Positions 52,221-63,198 of a stretch of DNA of 64,000 nt are shown here, piece after piece. Source of the DNA: Naegleria gruberi (taxonomy: Eukaryota); NCBI GenBank assembly GCA_000004985.1, contig GG738847.1; one strand, written 5' to 3'. Each line of letters opens with the position of its first letter. Position 1 is the first letter of the stretch. The notes under the pieces are model-generated. The model searched no databases. It had not been told where the DNA came from and saw nothing but the letters and a program-made list of their open reading frames with translations. A program made the position numbers and the translations under genes.

Positions 52221-52974
52221 ATGCAAAACACTAATAATATAACAGAACAACAATTGGCTGCTCTTCAAACTCTTCATAATCAAACTTGTTCCTATCTATC
52301 GGAGAATGAATGTCTCTCCTTTCTAACTTCCTCTCAGTGGAATTATTCTCATTGTGAATATTTACTTGTTACCATTCCAAAGGAAATTGAAAACAAAACT
52401 TCACTGCCACCAATACTTTCTCTGCGGATATTGGGTGATGCTCAGGTGGATTGGAGGAATTTGGAATTGTGCCAAGTAAGAATCAACATGATGGTCGATT
52501 TAAGTCAGAAAACAAGATTAAATTATTACTTGTGTCATGATTGTCTTACTCAGTCGAATTGGAATGTAGATTTAGCTTTGGAATTGTTTAATAGACATAA
52601 ATCGAATATACCCGAGAGTGGTTTTATCAATCATGTTCATCCGTAATAATAATAATTTAAATAATTTAAATAATAATAATTTGGTTAATAGTTCGGATGA
52701 GTCGAGTAATGCATTCCAAGATGTTAATCAATTACCTCCAATGATTCAAATAGATCAACAACAAATGCCTGGAGAATCTCCATCATTGGGAAATGTTTAC
52801 TTTTCTATTGGAAATCAATTGCCTAGTTCCTTCACAGATAATAGTCAATTAATGGATGGCACTGCAGCTAGTGTTGCAGTTCAACCTCATGCAAATACTC
52901 CAGAAAATTCACCAAATGAATCGGCAACGATTTTGAATACGAGTAGAATTTCAATTATTAGTAATTACTTTTAA
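52221..52974 (+). CDS. Protein with two UBA-like/TAP-C-like domains and a low-complexity tail. Two exons: 52221..52642 and 52692..52974.
   Basis: UBA-like segments EQQLAALQTLHNQTCSYLSENECLSFLTSSQWNYSHCEYLL and RLNYYLCHDCLTQSNWNVDLALELF. A 49-nt AT-rich intron (GTAATA...TTAATAG) links to ORF 52618..52974 in frame. Confidence 0.5.
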
Positions 52975-53328
52975 GAATGCATTCTTTGTAAATTTCCATC
53001 TCATGATGATGATGTTAAATATTCCTCCTCCGATTCATCACCATCATCATTAAATCTTATGAAAAATATCATGTAAATAGAGAATAATACAAGTAATTTG
53101 ATTTTCACACATATTTAAAAAGGAAATTAGTTATGTTATTTACTTTTTTATCATGATTGTGGAGTATTTCTGAAATTATACACAAAATTCTCGAATTTCT
53201 TATTGGTATCACATGGAAATTATCTCTTTTGCTCGATTATTGATTAGGAGTTGCGAGAATACATTCATCAATCAAACAAAATATTATTCCAATATTATTA
53301 TTATTATTGTTACAAAATAAGAAATTGC

Positions 53329-53943
53329 CTAGAAACTATTGAATGGATACTTTTCTTTGAGATTCTTCTCAAATTCCAATTCTTTAATTTCCTGATCCTT
53401 TTGCAAGAATTTATCCAAATCAATTCCTCCATCATCAGATTCTTCCTGATGAGACAAGTCATTCTTTTTCGATTGTTGTTGTTGTTGCTGCTGTTGTGGA
53501 ACTTGTTTGAATGAAGTGGATGGAATGAAATCCAATTTCCTCTTTGAATTCTTCTCCAGTACCAATGAAATATTATGTTCTGGCAATTCCTCATATCCTT
53601 CCATTCCATTCATTGAATAATCCTCTCCTGAATAGTTAGTGAAATCATGTTGGTCCTCCTCCTCGAAAATTGACTCTCCAGGAATGATCATTTTCGTCAG
53701 TCGAGCCCTCTCCAACTTGCCAATGTATTCTCTATCTGTAATTTTCTTATCGGAATGCAGAATGGATTCTATCGATGAGGATTCTTCTAATTTTATGGCA
53801 GTTTCGGCTGGTTGTTGATTGGTGGAAGGTCCTCCTGAGTTTTCTTCGGTTTGGGACATGGGTTTATAGAAGCACGTGTACCATCCTGTCCCAACTACTG
53901 TAGAGAAGAGAGCAATACCTCCAAAGATTAGCAATTCAGCCAT
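53329..53943 (-). CDS. Hypothetical single-pass membrane protein with an acidic C-terminal region.
   Basis: N-terminal TM segment ELLIFGGIALFSTVVGTGWYTCF. Poly-Q tract near the C-terminus. Confidence 0.45.
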   Translation of the reverse strand: MAELLIFGGIALFSTVVGTGWYTCFYKPMSQTEENSGGPSTNQQPAETAIKLEESSSIESILHSDKKITDREYIGKLERARLTKMIIPGESIFEEEDQHDFTNYSGEDYSMNGMEGYEELPEHNISLVLEKNSKRKLDFIPSTSFKQVPQQQQQQQQSKKNDLSHQEESDDGGIDLDKFLQKDQEIKELEFEKNLKEKYPFNSF

Positions 53944-54094
53944 TTTTTTTGATATTTTGTGATTAATGATGGATGACTGGAAATAGTGATTCGGTTGTTT
54001 TGTAATGTGATTGATATTCAGTGATTGTACTTTTAAAAACTTTGTTTATATTAGTATCATTTGAAATCAATTTAAATTTCATCAATAACCGAAA

Positions 54095-54448
54095 CTAATC
54101 TTCATAACATTCTCGTTCTTTCAAGATACAAACTATAGTAATATCCACAAGTCCAGATGGTGGCGATTTACCAAGAAACGGATTTGGTTTCTCTCTAAAC
54201 AATCCTCTCTCCACAGCATTCATCAATTCCGAAACAAAATTCGAAACATCTACAATAAAATCATCCAATTGATCTTTTAATACTTCTCTGACATTTAATT
54301 CGTTAGATCTTTCCATCAGTCCATCCATCAGTGCCATAATATATTGAGAAAGTATAAGAGGATTAGCCGTAGTGCACTTATCTTGTATTTTGTTAATAAT
54401 CCAATCTTGGATTTCTTGTGCTTTTGAATCATCGTAAAAGTGAGACAT
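54095..54448 (-). CDS. Hypothetical small helical protein of about 117 aa.
   Basis: First ATG gives MSHFYDDSKAQEIQDWIINKIQDK. The track start at 54472 is TTG. Confidence 0.4.
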   Translation of the reverse strand: MSHFYDDSKAQEIQDWIINKIQDKCTTANPLILSQYIMALMDGLMERSNELNVREVLKDQLDDFIVDVSNFVSELMNAVERGLFREKPNPFLGKSPPSGLVDITIVCILKERECYED

Positions 54449-54494
54449 TTTCACACCTGCTTGGTCAATCAATTTGTGGTATTTTTTTTGATGA

Positions 54495-56087
54495 TTATTT
54501 CCAGTGATAGAAAGAAATGTCGGTCAATTGATTTTGTTTGCATTTTTCGAATAATGGTTTACAATGTGAAATTAAAGAGTGAGTCAACCGAGGTGATTTT
54601 TCAATTCCAAAAATAACTCCATGATTTGTTCGTTTGATTATCAGCTCTCTATCCTGATATGAAGTAGAATTCAATTCCTGCAATGGAAATCCAATATCAA
54701 TCAAGTTGAATTTTAGAAAGGCAATCGAATACATTTTCTTATTAGAAATATAAAGTGAATAATCTTGCAATAGAAAACAAATGTGTGTGGAACCATTTCC
54801 ATCTATATCTATACATGATGGTAATGAATTGGTATCGAGTGGTGATTTTCTTTTTCTTTTGGTTGTTCTTGGAATTAATCCTAATATAGAGTGCACATTC
54901 AAATTTGTAAATTCTATTCCATTTTTAGATTTTAAGAATTGAAACTTGACTGAATAGGCTCCTTCCTTGAATATCCACTCATTAGCAATGGTTTGAATTA
55001 ATAACGTTCCACCTTCCAAAAATTTTATATTTTTAATCTTGTTTTTAATTGATTTAATTTTTGTAAATATTAAATTATTTCCTTTATGGGAAATTGTTGC
55101 TAAACTTTTATCTTCCATAATGCAATACAATAGTACTTTAAATGATTCACAGTTAAATATCTTTTTAAATTTTAAATTTGTTTTAAATTCCAAAAATTTT
55201 CTATCAATTTCATAAAATAATCTTCCAAAATTAGTAATAATAAATTTACAAAAATCTGCCTTATATACTAGACAAATGTCATCAATATACTCATTTTCCA
55301 ATAGAAATCCTCTCAAAACAGAATCAGTATCACCCAAATTAGATGCAACAATCGCTGCATGATTATTAAAATCGTACAAGCAAACAACATGAGAATGTTT
55401 TGCAAAATAGCAAAAATTATTCAATTCAGAAATTGGCAATTGTTCATTTCTCATTAAAATGTCATATCTTTCCTGACTGTACTTGTGAGTATGTTTCACT
55501 GGGCATTCATATATAATTCCATTTTTGGAAGATATTTTGCATTCGAGTAAATTGTTTTTCAGTGTATGAATCGAATTTTGCTCAATGTTGAAATATTTCC
55601 AAACATTTCCGTGTAAATAATTGATGTTATTCAATTCCAATTGATTAATTCCATTTATATTCACATAATATACTTGGTCGACATATCTATTCAAGGAAAT
55701 GTATGAATTGCTATCATACAAATCAGAGAATATATCCTTTTTAAAATTAATTGCACATTTTTCAATACCATTTCCCAATAATTCTTTGCCATTTCCTAAA
55801 AAGGCAGTATTTAAAGTATTACAATCTTGTTGTTTCCTTACAAATTCTGAATAATCATACAATGGCAATACAACCTCATCATTTTCATCAATTTCAGATA
55901 GTGAACAAACATTATTCTCATCATCAATCGTTTGTTCATTTCCATTTCCATCCAACAATATTGAAATTAATTTTTCACTATTTTTACAATTATTTAAAAA
56001 ATTATTTGCAAAATTCTTCTTCCGATCATTAATTGTCGATTGATGAAGAATAAACGAAGAATTGTTGGAGGGAAGTGGAATGAGCAT
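54495..56087 (-). CDS. Hypothetical protein, 530 aa.
   Basis: Single long ORF. No family recognised. Confidence 0.5.
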   Translation of the reverse strand: MLIPLPSNNSSFILHQSTINDRKKNFANNFLNNCKNSEKLISILLDGNGNEQTIDDENNVCSLSEIDENDEVVLPLYDYSEFVRKQQDCNTLNTAFLGNGKELLGNGIEKCAINFKKDIFSDLYDSNSYISLNRYVDQVYYVNINGINQLELNNINYLHGNVWKYFNIEQNSIHTLKNNLLECKISSKNGIIYECPVKHTHKYSQERYDILMRNEQLPISELNNFCYFAKHSHVVCLYDFNNHAAIVASNLGDTDSVLRGFLLENEYIDDICLVYKADFCKFIITNFGRLFYEIDRKFLEFKTNLKFKKIFNCESFKVLLYCIMEDKSLATISHKGNNLIFTKIKSIKNKIKNIKFLEGGTLLIQTIANEWIFKEGAYSVKFQFLKSKNGIEFTNLNVHSILGLIPRTTKRKRKSPLDTNSLPSCIDIDGNGSTHICFLLQDYSLYISNKKMYSIAFLKFNLIDIGFPLQELNSTSYQDRELIIKRTNHGVIFGIEKSPRLTHSLISHCKPLFEKCKQNQLTDISFYHWK

Positions 56088-56721
56088 TTTTTTTTGTTAA
56101 TTTCAAATTTGAAAGTTCAGTTTTTAAAAACAGTTAGAAACCTACTGTTTTATTAAAGAGTCATGAAAATAAAGTGGGTGGAAAGTGATTGAGAAGAAAC
56201 TGTAGTTACAATTCTAGTTATTGTAAACTAGACGAATCGAATAGGAAACGGAAAAATCTTTTGTGGTAACCACATCAAAGTCAACAAAAGATTCTTTTCT
56301 CTCATTATTTCACCTCCTCTCGTTCTTTTAAAAAGTAAAATTGAACTCCAACATCAACTATGCTACTTTCTCCAAAACTAAACCTTTCCAATAAGTTCAA
56401 GCTATACGAATACACTATCCAATTAACACATTTAACAAATCTTTCACACAACTAATCGTGTTAAATTAATGTATTCATCATCCACGAATGCCAAACATCA
56501 ACATTGGATTCTTCCAAGGATTCTTTCGTATAATTTTTTTTGATACGGAACTTGTCTTTAATAATTTCTTGGGCAACTTGGCTAAGAATCCTCACAATAT
56601 TTTTGTAATCCAAAGAATCCTTGAAACCCCGACCAAGAATCTTCTTGCCAGCCTATTTCACCACCTTTCGAATAACACTTTTCACATTACTTTTAACACA
56701 AAAAAAACATTCGAAACTAAC

Positions 56722-56982
56722 ATGCCTCTCCCATATAACTTTAAACTCCAAAGAACTGCTGTCTTACCACTCAAGCAAGCTGGTTTGTTCGGTCTTTCAT
56801 GTTTCTTCTCCTTGGCTGTCATTACAACTGTCAAGAACGCAATTGGTCAACCAGAAACTTTGAAGAATTTGAATGAAGAAAACATTCTTTATTGTAGACC
56901 TTTGGAAGAAAAGAGAGATATCTACTTTTTCAATTGGGCTCCATTGACTGGTGAAGCTGCTGGTAGACCAAAGAGAGATTAA
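56722..56982 (+). CDS. Small membrane protein of about 86 aa with one TM helix.
   Basis: MPLPYNFKLQRTAVLPLKQAGLFGLSCFFSLAVITTVKN... The ORF-track start at 56488 is upstream non-ATG. Confidence 0.35.
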   Translation: MPLPYNFKLQRTAVLPLKQAGLFGLSCFFSLAVITTVKNAIGQPETLKNLNEENILYCRPLEEKRDIYFFNWAPLTGEAAGRPKRD

Positions 56983-57517
56983 ATTGGTTTCTTATAGTTT
57001 TTATGAGAAACATTTTTGACGAGATACATTCGATTATTGGTTTATTTTACCTTTCTAACCACACACAAATAATAAACATTTAACACTAAGATTTTTTTGC
57101 AACTTGGAATATCATTGCTTTTAATCGTTTCGTTTTTATGGATTAAAGTGTGTGCTCAAGAGTTTCCAATAGTAGTCAGTTTTCTATCATCTTTACTATT
57201 TCTCGTAGTATCTTTCTCTATGAATTTCTCGAGAATTTCGTATAGTTCTTTTGCGATACAATCATATGGTACACAAGTTGGAAGACAAGATTCATGCCCT
57301 GTTGAGAATGTGGTACTTCAAGAGCTTGTTTTAAAGCAAACACAATCCAGAGAAACAATTGTTCATGAACGACTCCAAACCCTCCATTCGAATATGTCAT
57401 ATTAGTATTTCTAAGATTTGCATGAGAATCCAAATAATTTTTCAGAAGCAAAATTTTTAGTTTTTGGATGAAAAATAGATCGAACTTTAAAACACATTTT
57501 AAAATTTTCAAAAAAAA

Positions 57518-58693
57518 ATGAACAACACCCCAAGTGCTTCTTCATCATCCAACAACAACAACAACAAGAGAACATACTTTGACTTTTTAGATGAAGATTT
57601 TTATCACCTTTTCAATGATGAATCAATATTTGAAGACAGTGTTTTTGAAAGTGGTGCATTTCTCAATTTTACAGAACATGAAAATATACAGAGACAGATA
57701 GAGAATCAGGTTGTTTGTCCAAAGAAGATTCGTACAGTGTATGATTTGACTACTTCTCCTACAATTAGTCCAAGTGAAATGGTTTCGTCTGCTGATCGAT
57801 CTGAAAAGAGAATTATCCAACGAGTCGAAATTGAAGGATTGAATGAAAATTGTTGGTCTAACATTGTGTCATTCATTGGAAAGGAAGAATTTCTTTGGTT
57901 TAAACCATATTTGATCAATAGAGATGTCTATGAAAAGATATTCGAAAGTGAATCATTTTGGGAAGCTTTCTTCCAATCGACATGGAAAGGAGATGAACAA
58001 GTTGGTAAATGCTATGATTGGCTCTATAAGAGAGGATATTGTCTGAGAAAATTTCACTCATTCCAAACTCATAATTCCTTAAATATTCACATCTTGACAG
58101 GTCATTCACATGATAACGTTAAATACCTGTCACAAGTATATAGTGACATGTCCAGTTCGTGTTTCATCACAAAAAGTAATTCACATAACGGACAATCTTT
58201 CCACATTCAATGTCCTAATGGATGGTTAAGTGATGTCAATTGGCTTGTTGACATTTTCCTGAAAGAGAAACCAATTCATCTTTTTCTCAAATTGGAAATC
58301 AAATCCTTCTCGTCCTTTTTGTCACGTGATTTGAGTGTAGAAGCAATTCTTCCATCTGCCACTAATCAACCAATCAAAATATTTGGAAAAGATGCCATTA
58401 TCAAGAATGGTATTAGGAAATTATTTAAGGAATTGAATTTGGATGAGGAGAAGAATTTACCAAATGATGAAACTGAATTGGATTTGAGATTTTCAAATTT
58501 GAAATTTGGTCAATTGATGCAAGATAGATATTTCATTTGGTTTTGTAATTCAATTCTGAGTTGGATTCCATTTCCTATTGAGGATGTCTATGGAGTTTCT
58601 GATTATTCTGATCATTTGTGTTTCAGTGTAAATGATGCAAGAAATGAAAAAATTGAAAGATATTTCGAATTGAAGAAGGAACTTGGTTTCTAA
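57518..58693 (+). CDS. Second member of the lineage-specific F-box-like family, 391 aa. Paralog of 18502..19671.
   Basis: C-terminal block LKFGQLMQDRYFIWFCNSILSWIPFPIEDVYGVSDYSDHLCFSVNDARNEKIERYFELKK matches the paralog. N-terminal N-run. Confidence 0.55.
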   Translation: MNNTPSASSSSNNNNNKRTYFDFLDEDFYHLFNDESIFEDSVFESGAFLNFTEHENIQRQIENQVVCPKKIRTVYDLTTSPTISPSEMVSSADRSEKRIIQRVEIEGLNENCWSNIVSFIGKEEFLWFKPYLINRDVYEKIFESESFWEAFFQSTWKGDEQVGKCYDWLYKRGYCLRKFHSFQTHNSLNIHILTGHSHDNVKYLSQVYSDMSSSCFITKSNSHNGQSFHIQCPNGWLSDVNWLVDIFLKEKPIHLFLKLEIKSFSSFLSRDLSVEAILPSATNQPIKIFGKDAIIKNGIRKLFKELNLDEEKNLPNDETELDLRFSNLKFGQLMQDRYFIWFCNSILSWIPFPIEDVYGVSDYSDHLCFSVNDARNEKIERYFELKKELGF

Positions 58694-58811
58694 TAGTATG
58701 ATAGATGGCCAGTTGGTTAAATTGGTTAAATTATGTAAATAGTCTAATATTAAATATATCATGTAAATATCTCTGTATCAAATTGTTGAAATTATTAATG
58801 AAATTCCAAGT

Positions 58812-59219
58812 TTAGTTTTGATTATTTTGATTTAATTTTTCCTGATCTCTTTTCAATGCCAATTCATATCTTTCTCTAAAATCAACAATATGTTGTTCGG
58901 TTGGTTTCTTTAATTTCTTCATAATTTTCTCCAAATCATCACTTGATGGCAATAGAGGAAGTGTCAAAGCTGTCAATTGTTTAGTAATTGGAAGATTTGA
59001 TGGTGGAGGAGGAGGAACACTTCCTGGAGATGTGATGAATGTTGTACATTCCGATGAAGGTGATGGTAAATCAACTTGTTCATATTCAAATATTTTCAAG
59101 TCATCACTAAAAGAAACAGTTTTGATTATTGACATTTTTTTCAACTTGGAACTTAATACCGAATCAAATAACAAAGTGTTGAACAAGACGTTAGGCCTAT
59201 TTTTAAATAAGTTCCACAT
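58812..59219 (-). CDS. Hypothetical protein carrying a PP1-docking-like RVxF motif.
   Basis: KTVSF matches K-x-V-x-F. A proline-rich tract is present. Confidence 0.4.
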   Translation of the reverse strand: MWNLFKNRPNVLFNTLLFDSVLSSKLKKMSIIKTVSFSDDLKIFEYEQVDLPSPSSECTTFITSPGSVPPPPPSNLPITKQLTALTLPLLPSSDDLEKIMKKLKKPTEQHIVDFRERYELALKRDQEKLNQNNQN

Positions 59220-59281
59220 TCACCCAGTTTCGAATAGTTTTTTGATAATCTCTTTACAATTTTACAATTCAATTAAAAAAA

Positions 59282-61200
59282 ATGTTCATAGGTCAGTCCA
59301 CAGAAAGTTCATCATCGTTGAAAATATCATGTCATACTCTACCACAAAATAATCCACACAAATTATTATTGCAAAGAAGAGGGGTAGGTTTAGTTTACTT
59401 TCGAATATTAAACAATTCAATTTCCCACAGCATAGCACAGTGTTATTCAAAGAAAGATATTTAATTGTATTCGGAGGATGTGATATGAGAGGTAATTTCC
59501 TCTCTGATATTCTTCGTTTTGATTTATTGACATGTCAATGGTCAGAAATTAGTTCTTTTGGTGACATGCCATGTGGAAGATATGGACATTCTGCATGTAT
59601 CCACAATGATTACCTAATGTACATCTATGGTGGTTATTACAGAAACAAAACTAATGAATTGTCTTGTCTGAATTTGGAAACTGGTGAGTGGAAAGTTGTC
59701 GAATGTAGGGGAAACCAAATTCCTCCTGGAACAGATGGTCAATCGATGATTATTTACAATAATCAGTTGATAATATTTGGAGGAAGAAAGAAGAGTTGGA
59801 TTTCTATTAATTTAGTTCATGTTTTGGATTTGGAAACGTTGGAATGGAGAAGAGTGGAAATTACTGATCTTTCGAATGTTCCATGTCCTAGAACCGATCA
59901 TTGTGATGTATTCCATGATGGAAAGTTGTATATTCAAGGAGGATATGATGATGGAGGTCAATTCTTGGGAAGAAGAAATGATTTGTATGTATTTGATGTA
60001 AAAACCGAAACTTGGACTCAATTGACTGGCCAATGTAATGGTTTACCACCTCCAGAAATGTCCACTCATAGAGCAGAATGCTTGGAATTGAATGGGAAAC
60101 ATTACATGATCATGGTGGCAGGTTGGGATAATTACAAGAGACACAGGAATGAAATTTATGGATTGGAATTGGAAACTCTGACATGGATTCATTTTCCATC
60201 CATTAACCCTAATATTTTCCATGAGAGAAGACATTTTGGAATGGTAAAATTGTCATCCTCAATTCAATCTGAGTATTTCAGAGGAAATGATTTGATTGTT
60301 TATGGTGGTTGTACTGATACCTGCATGTTGAATGATGTTTGTGTATTGAGATTGAGCGATTCGTCTGTTAATGAGGATGAATTGGTGGAAGTGTCGTCTA
60401 TCTCTGAATTTGATAATGGAAAAACTGAAGAATTGTGGAAATTATTAATGAATGAACATTCGAATTGTTTCGAACGAATTCTTGAATTTGGAAATTGTTA
60501 TGACTTGTTGGATTGGAGTCTTGTGAACAAGAAACAATGGAATTCATCAATATCTAACAATAATTTACTAAAGAAAGCAGTAATTCAATACTGGAATTAC
60601 AGAAATAGACATCTCATTGACGGGAATGCCAAGATTTTGAAATTACTTCCAAAAGAAGCAACACTCAAAATATTACAAGAAGATGACGATAATATTTCAA
60701 TCACAACTGTGAAGAACTTGATACACCAACTCACTGACACATTTTTTTTTGCAGATCCTTATGAAAATATTGCCTGGACTTCCTTTCCAAAAATTAATTC
60801 CTTATTAGGTATTGCCAAGCTCAATTTCTCAAAAATTGAATCACAACTTGATAATAATTTTTCATTCTACATGGCCCTCCACTCTACCTGTTTCGACGAG
60901 TATCCCATCATAACCTCAATCATTTCTACCTCTCGAAAAACAATCAAATCTCCACGAGAAACTTTCATCCTTTTTGATCCATACATTGGCTCTCTAATCT
61001 TTACAGAAAAAGTGCAAACCAAGATGCTTAATGATTTCAAGCGATTGCTAACGACCACAATCTCACCTTCGATAACGATTCCACTCATTGATTCTCAATT
61101 ATCTGACACACCATTATCAAACTCCCAAAATGGAAGTATACTTGAGGACATTCTATCGGTACTATTAAGAAATGCCTCAATCCAAAAAGACAAACGATAG
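59282..61200 (+). CDS. Kelch-repeat beta-propeller protein with a C-terminal extension. Two exons: 59282..59383 and 59431..61200.
   Basis: Repeated W/Y...GHS...YxxGG blades (RYGHSACIHNDYLMYIYGGY, PRTDHCDVFHDGKLYIQGG). A 47-nt intron (gtaggt at 59384 to cccacag at 59430) joins ...LLLQRRG to HSTVLFKERYLIVFGG, providing the ATG that the main ORF lacks (its track start is GTG). Confidence 0.7.
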
Positions 61201-61296
61201 TGACGCACTATTACATTGAAAATTAAATAAGCGCAATAAATTTTAATATCCGCCCACATGTCCAACAAGTCCGAAAGCCAAGTCCTCGCTTGAATT

Positions 61297-63162
61297 TTGT
61301 TCAAAACCTTAAAAAAAATGAAAAAACGACAAGTTAGAGATTTCTTCACGGTGCATGATTCGAAAAAGTTGAAACTCTGTGATTCTGGAACATTGGTTGA
61401 TTCGGATGATCATGATCACGTTGATAATGATGATGATGATGGGAAGATGCATCTGACGACATGTGATGATCGCGATGAAAATATTTCATCTGATGATTTT
61501 ATTCTTCCTATTGAAATTAAATTATATATTTTGGAATTTATTCAATTTCCATTGGCTAGGTATACTTCCCTGTCGGAGGCTGGTTTTTGGAAGGAATTGA
61601 GAAAGATTACTGAGGTTAGAAATGTAAATTTGAATACAGGATGGAAAATTGCTAGAAAGATTGTTAGAGATCGAATGATCAAGGCGATGTTTGGTTATTT
61701 TGTTGGGAAGGTGACAAACTTGGTGAAGGAACGAGAAGTTCATCAACTGTATAAGCATGTAAATTATGAATACGTTGGAATTTGGGGACAAGATGAATTT
61801 TATTCGAATTTGAGGTTTAGAGACTTGAAATCGATTGAATTTTCAAATGATTATTCGTTTGCTTGTAAATTTGATTACTGGAGCTATATGCCAAACTTGG
61901 AATCGATCATTGGGTTGAATATTGAACTAGAGGGACATGAAGAAAAGTTCATTAATAATGTAAATAGAGACAAATTGACGAGTATTTCTTTTGCTAATGC
62001 TAAAGGAAAATTAATTAATGACGGAAAGAGATTCTTTCAAAGTTTACCAAATCTAACTAGGTTGAAAGTGTCTCCTGCCTACGCTTCAGATATTATGGGT
62101 TTGGAAAAGTTGAAACATCTCACATTTACTGAAGGAACAATGGGATTTGATAATTTACGATCCATAATTGAGAAAAGTGAGAATTTAGAAACTATTGATG
62201 TGAGCCAACTGAAACTAATTGCATCTCCAGACCGAGTTTTTACCAGTCCAAAGAAAAAAATCAATCTGAAAAGTATTCATGCAACCAAACATGGATTTAC
62301 ACATCGAGTCTTTACGAATCTTATCAGGAGTGTTAACTTTTTGCCAAATTTAACAGATTTACGAATTGGAATTGCACAAACTGAGTTGTTTGTAATGGAA
62401 AACTTTACTAACTATTGCCGAGAGTACTCTAATATAGAACACATCTCACTCAAAGGATTTGAATTCACTGCTGAGTGTTTTAGTGAAATGCAAAATTTAA
62501 AGAAATTGAAAAGTATTCGGGATGCTACATTGAGAAGTTGTGAGGAATTGGCAAATATTCCATCACTCAAAATACTAACAATTGATCCAAAATGTAATCA
62601 CTCAATAGATTTCTCTCCACTGCACCAATTAGAAGGGCTCTCTACAGTAGCTTCACTTTCACTTTTAAGAAATTTCAAAGATTCTAACTTTCTTCCACGT
62701 TTAGGAAAACTTTCTTTGGAAATTCAAAACGAATTGGCAATGGATTCTATTTCTAACGAATTTCTAACTTTGGGAACTTTTAGACCTCATCTGATTATCC
62801 ATCTTTCAATTGCACCTTTAATTTCTGAAGATAATTACCACAACATTTTGTCATGTCCATTAATTGAAAATTTACATGTCAAATGTAATCAAATTCCCGA
62901 ATCAATTCAATTTAATACTACTTTGAAAAAGCTAACCCAACACGTCAACTCTCTTTTCATTATACCTGACCACTTGGCATCCAATCAAACTATTGAGGAA
63001 ATTAGAATTTATGGAATGGATCCAAATTTTATGATTTCAAGTTCACAAGAATTATTTGATTTTGTGGAAAAATCAAAAGCTACTTATATTTCATTTGTGG
63101 ATCCAGATAGAGTTGGATTTATTGATAAGGGAGAACATGATCCAGATGTTTTGCTTTGGTAA
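61297..63162 (+). CDS. Leucine-rich repeat protein, F-box/LRR-like, 621 aa.
   Basis: An N-terminal acidic/His tract is followed by irregular LRRs (LxxLxxLxL/NLxxL). Confidence 0.65.
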   Translation: MFKTLKKMKKRQVRDFFTVHDSKKLKLCDSGTLVDSDDHDHVDNDDDDGKMHLTTCDDRDENISSDDFILPIEIKLYILEFIQFPLARYTSLSEAGFWKELRKITEVRNVNLNTGWKIARKIVRDRMIKAMFGYFVGKVTNLVKEREVHQLYKHVNYEYVGIWGQDEFYSNLRFRDLKSIEFSNDYSFACKFDYWSYMPNLESIIGLNIELEGHEEKFINNVNRDKLTSISFANAKGKLINDGKRFFQSLPNLTRLKVSPAYASDIMGLEKLKHLTFTEGTMGFDNLRSIIEKSENLETIDVSQLKLIASPDRVFTSPKKKINLKSIHATKHGFTHRVFTNLIRSVNFLPNLTDLRIGIAQTELFVMENFTNYCREYSNIEHISLKGFEFTAECFSEMQNLKKLKSIRDATLRSCEELANIPSLKILTIDPKCNHSIDFSPLHQLEGLSTVASLSLLRNFKDSNFLPRLGKLSLEIQNELAMDSISNEFLTLGTFRPHLIIHLSIAPLISEDNYHNILSCPLIENLHVKCNQIPESIQFNTTLKKLTQHVNSLFIIPDHLASNQTIEEIRIYGMDPNFMISSSQELFDFVEKSKATYISFVDPDRVGFIDKGEHDPDVLLW

Positions 63163-63198
63163 TATTTGAACTGTCAAGCATCAAAGAAATTAAAAAAA

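Noticed and set aside
57097-57405. 102-aa plus-strand ORF with a hydrophobic N-terminus
   Set aside because: It starts on a non-ATG codon in the track, has no motif and unconvincing composition. It is probably upstream or UTR sequence of the 57518 gene.
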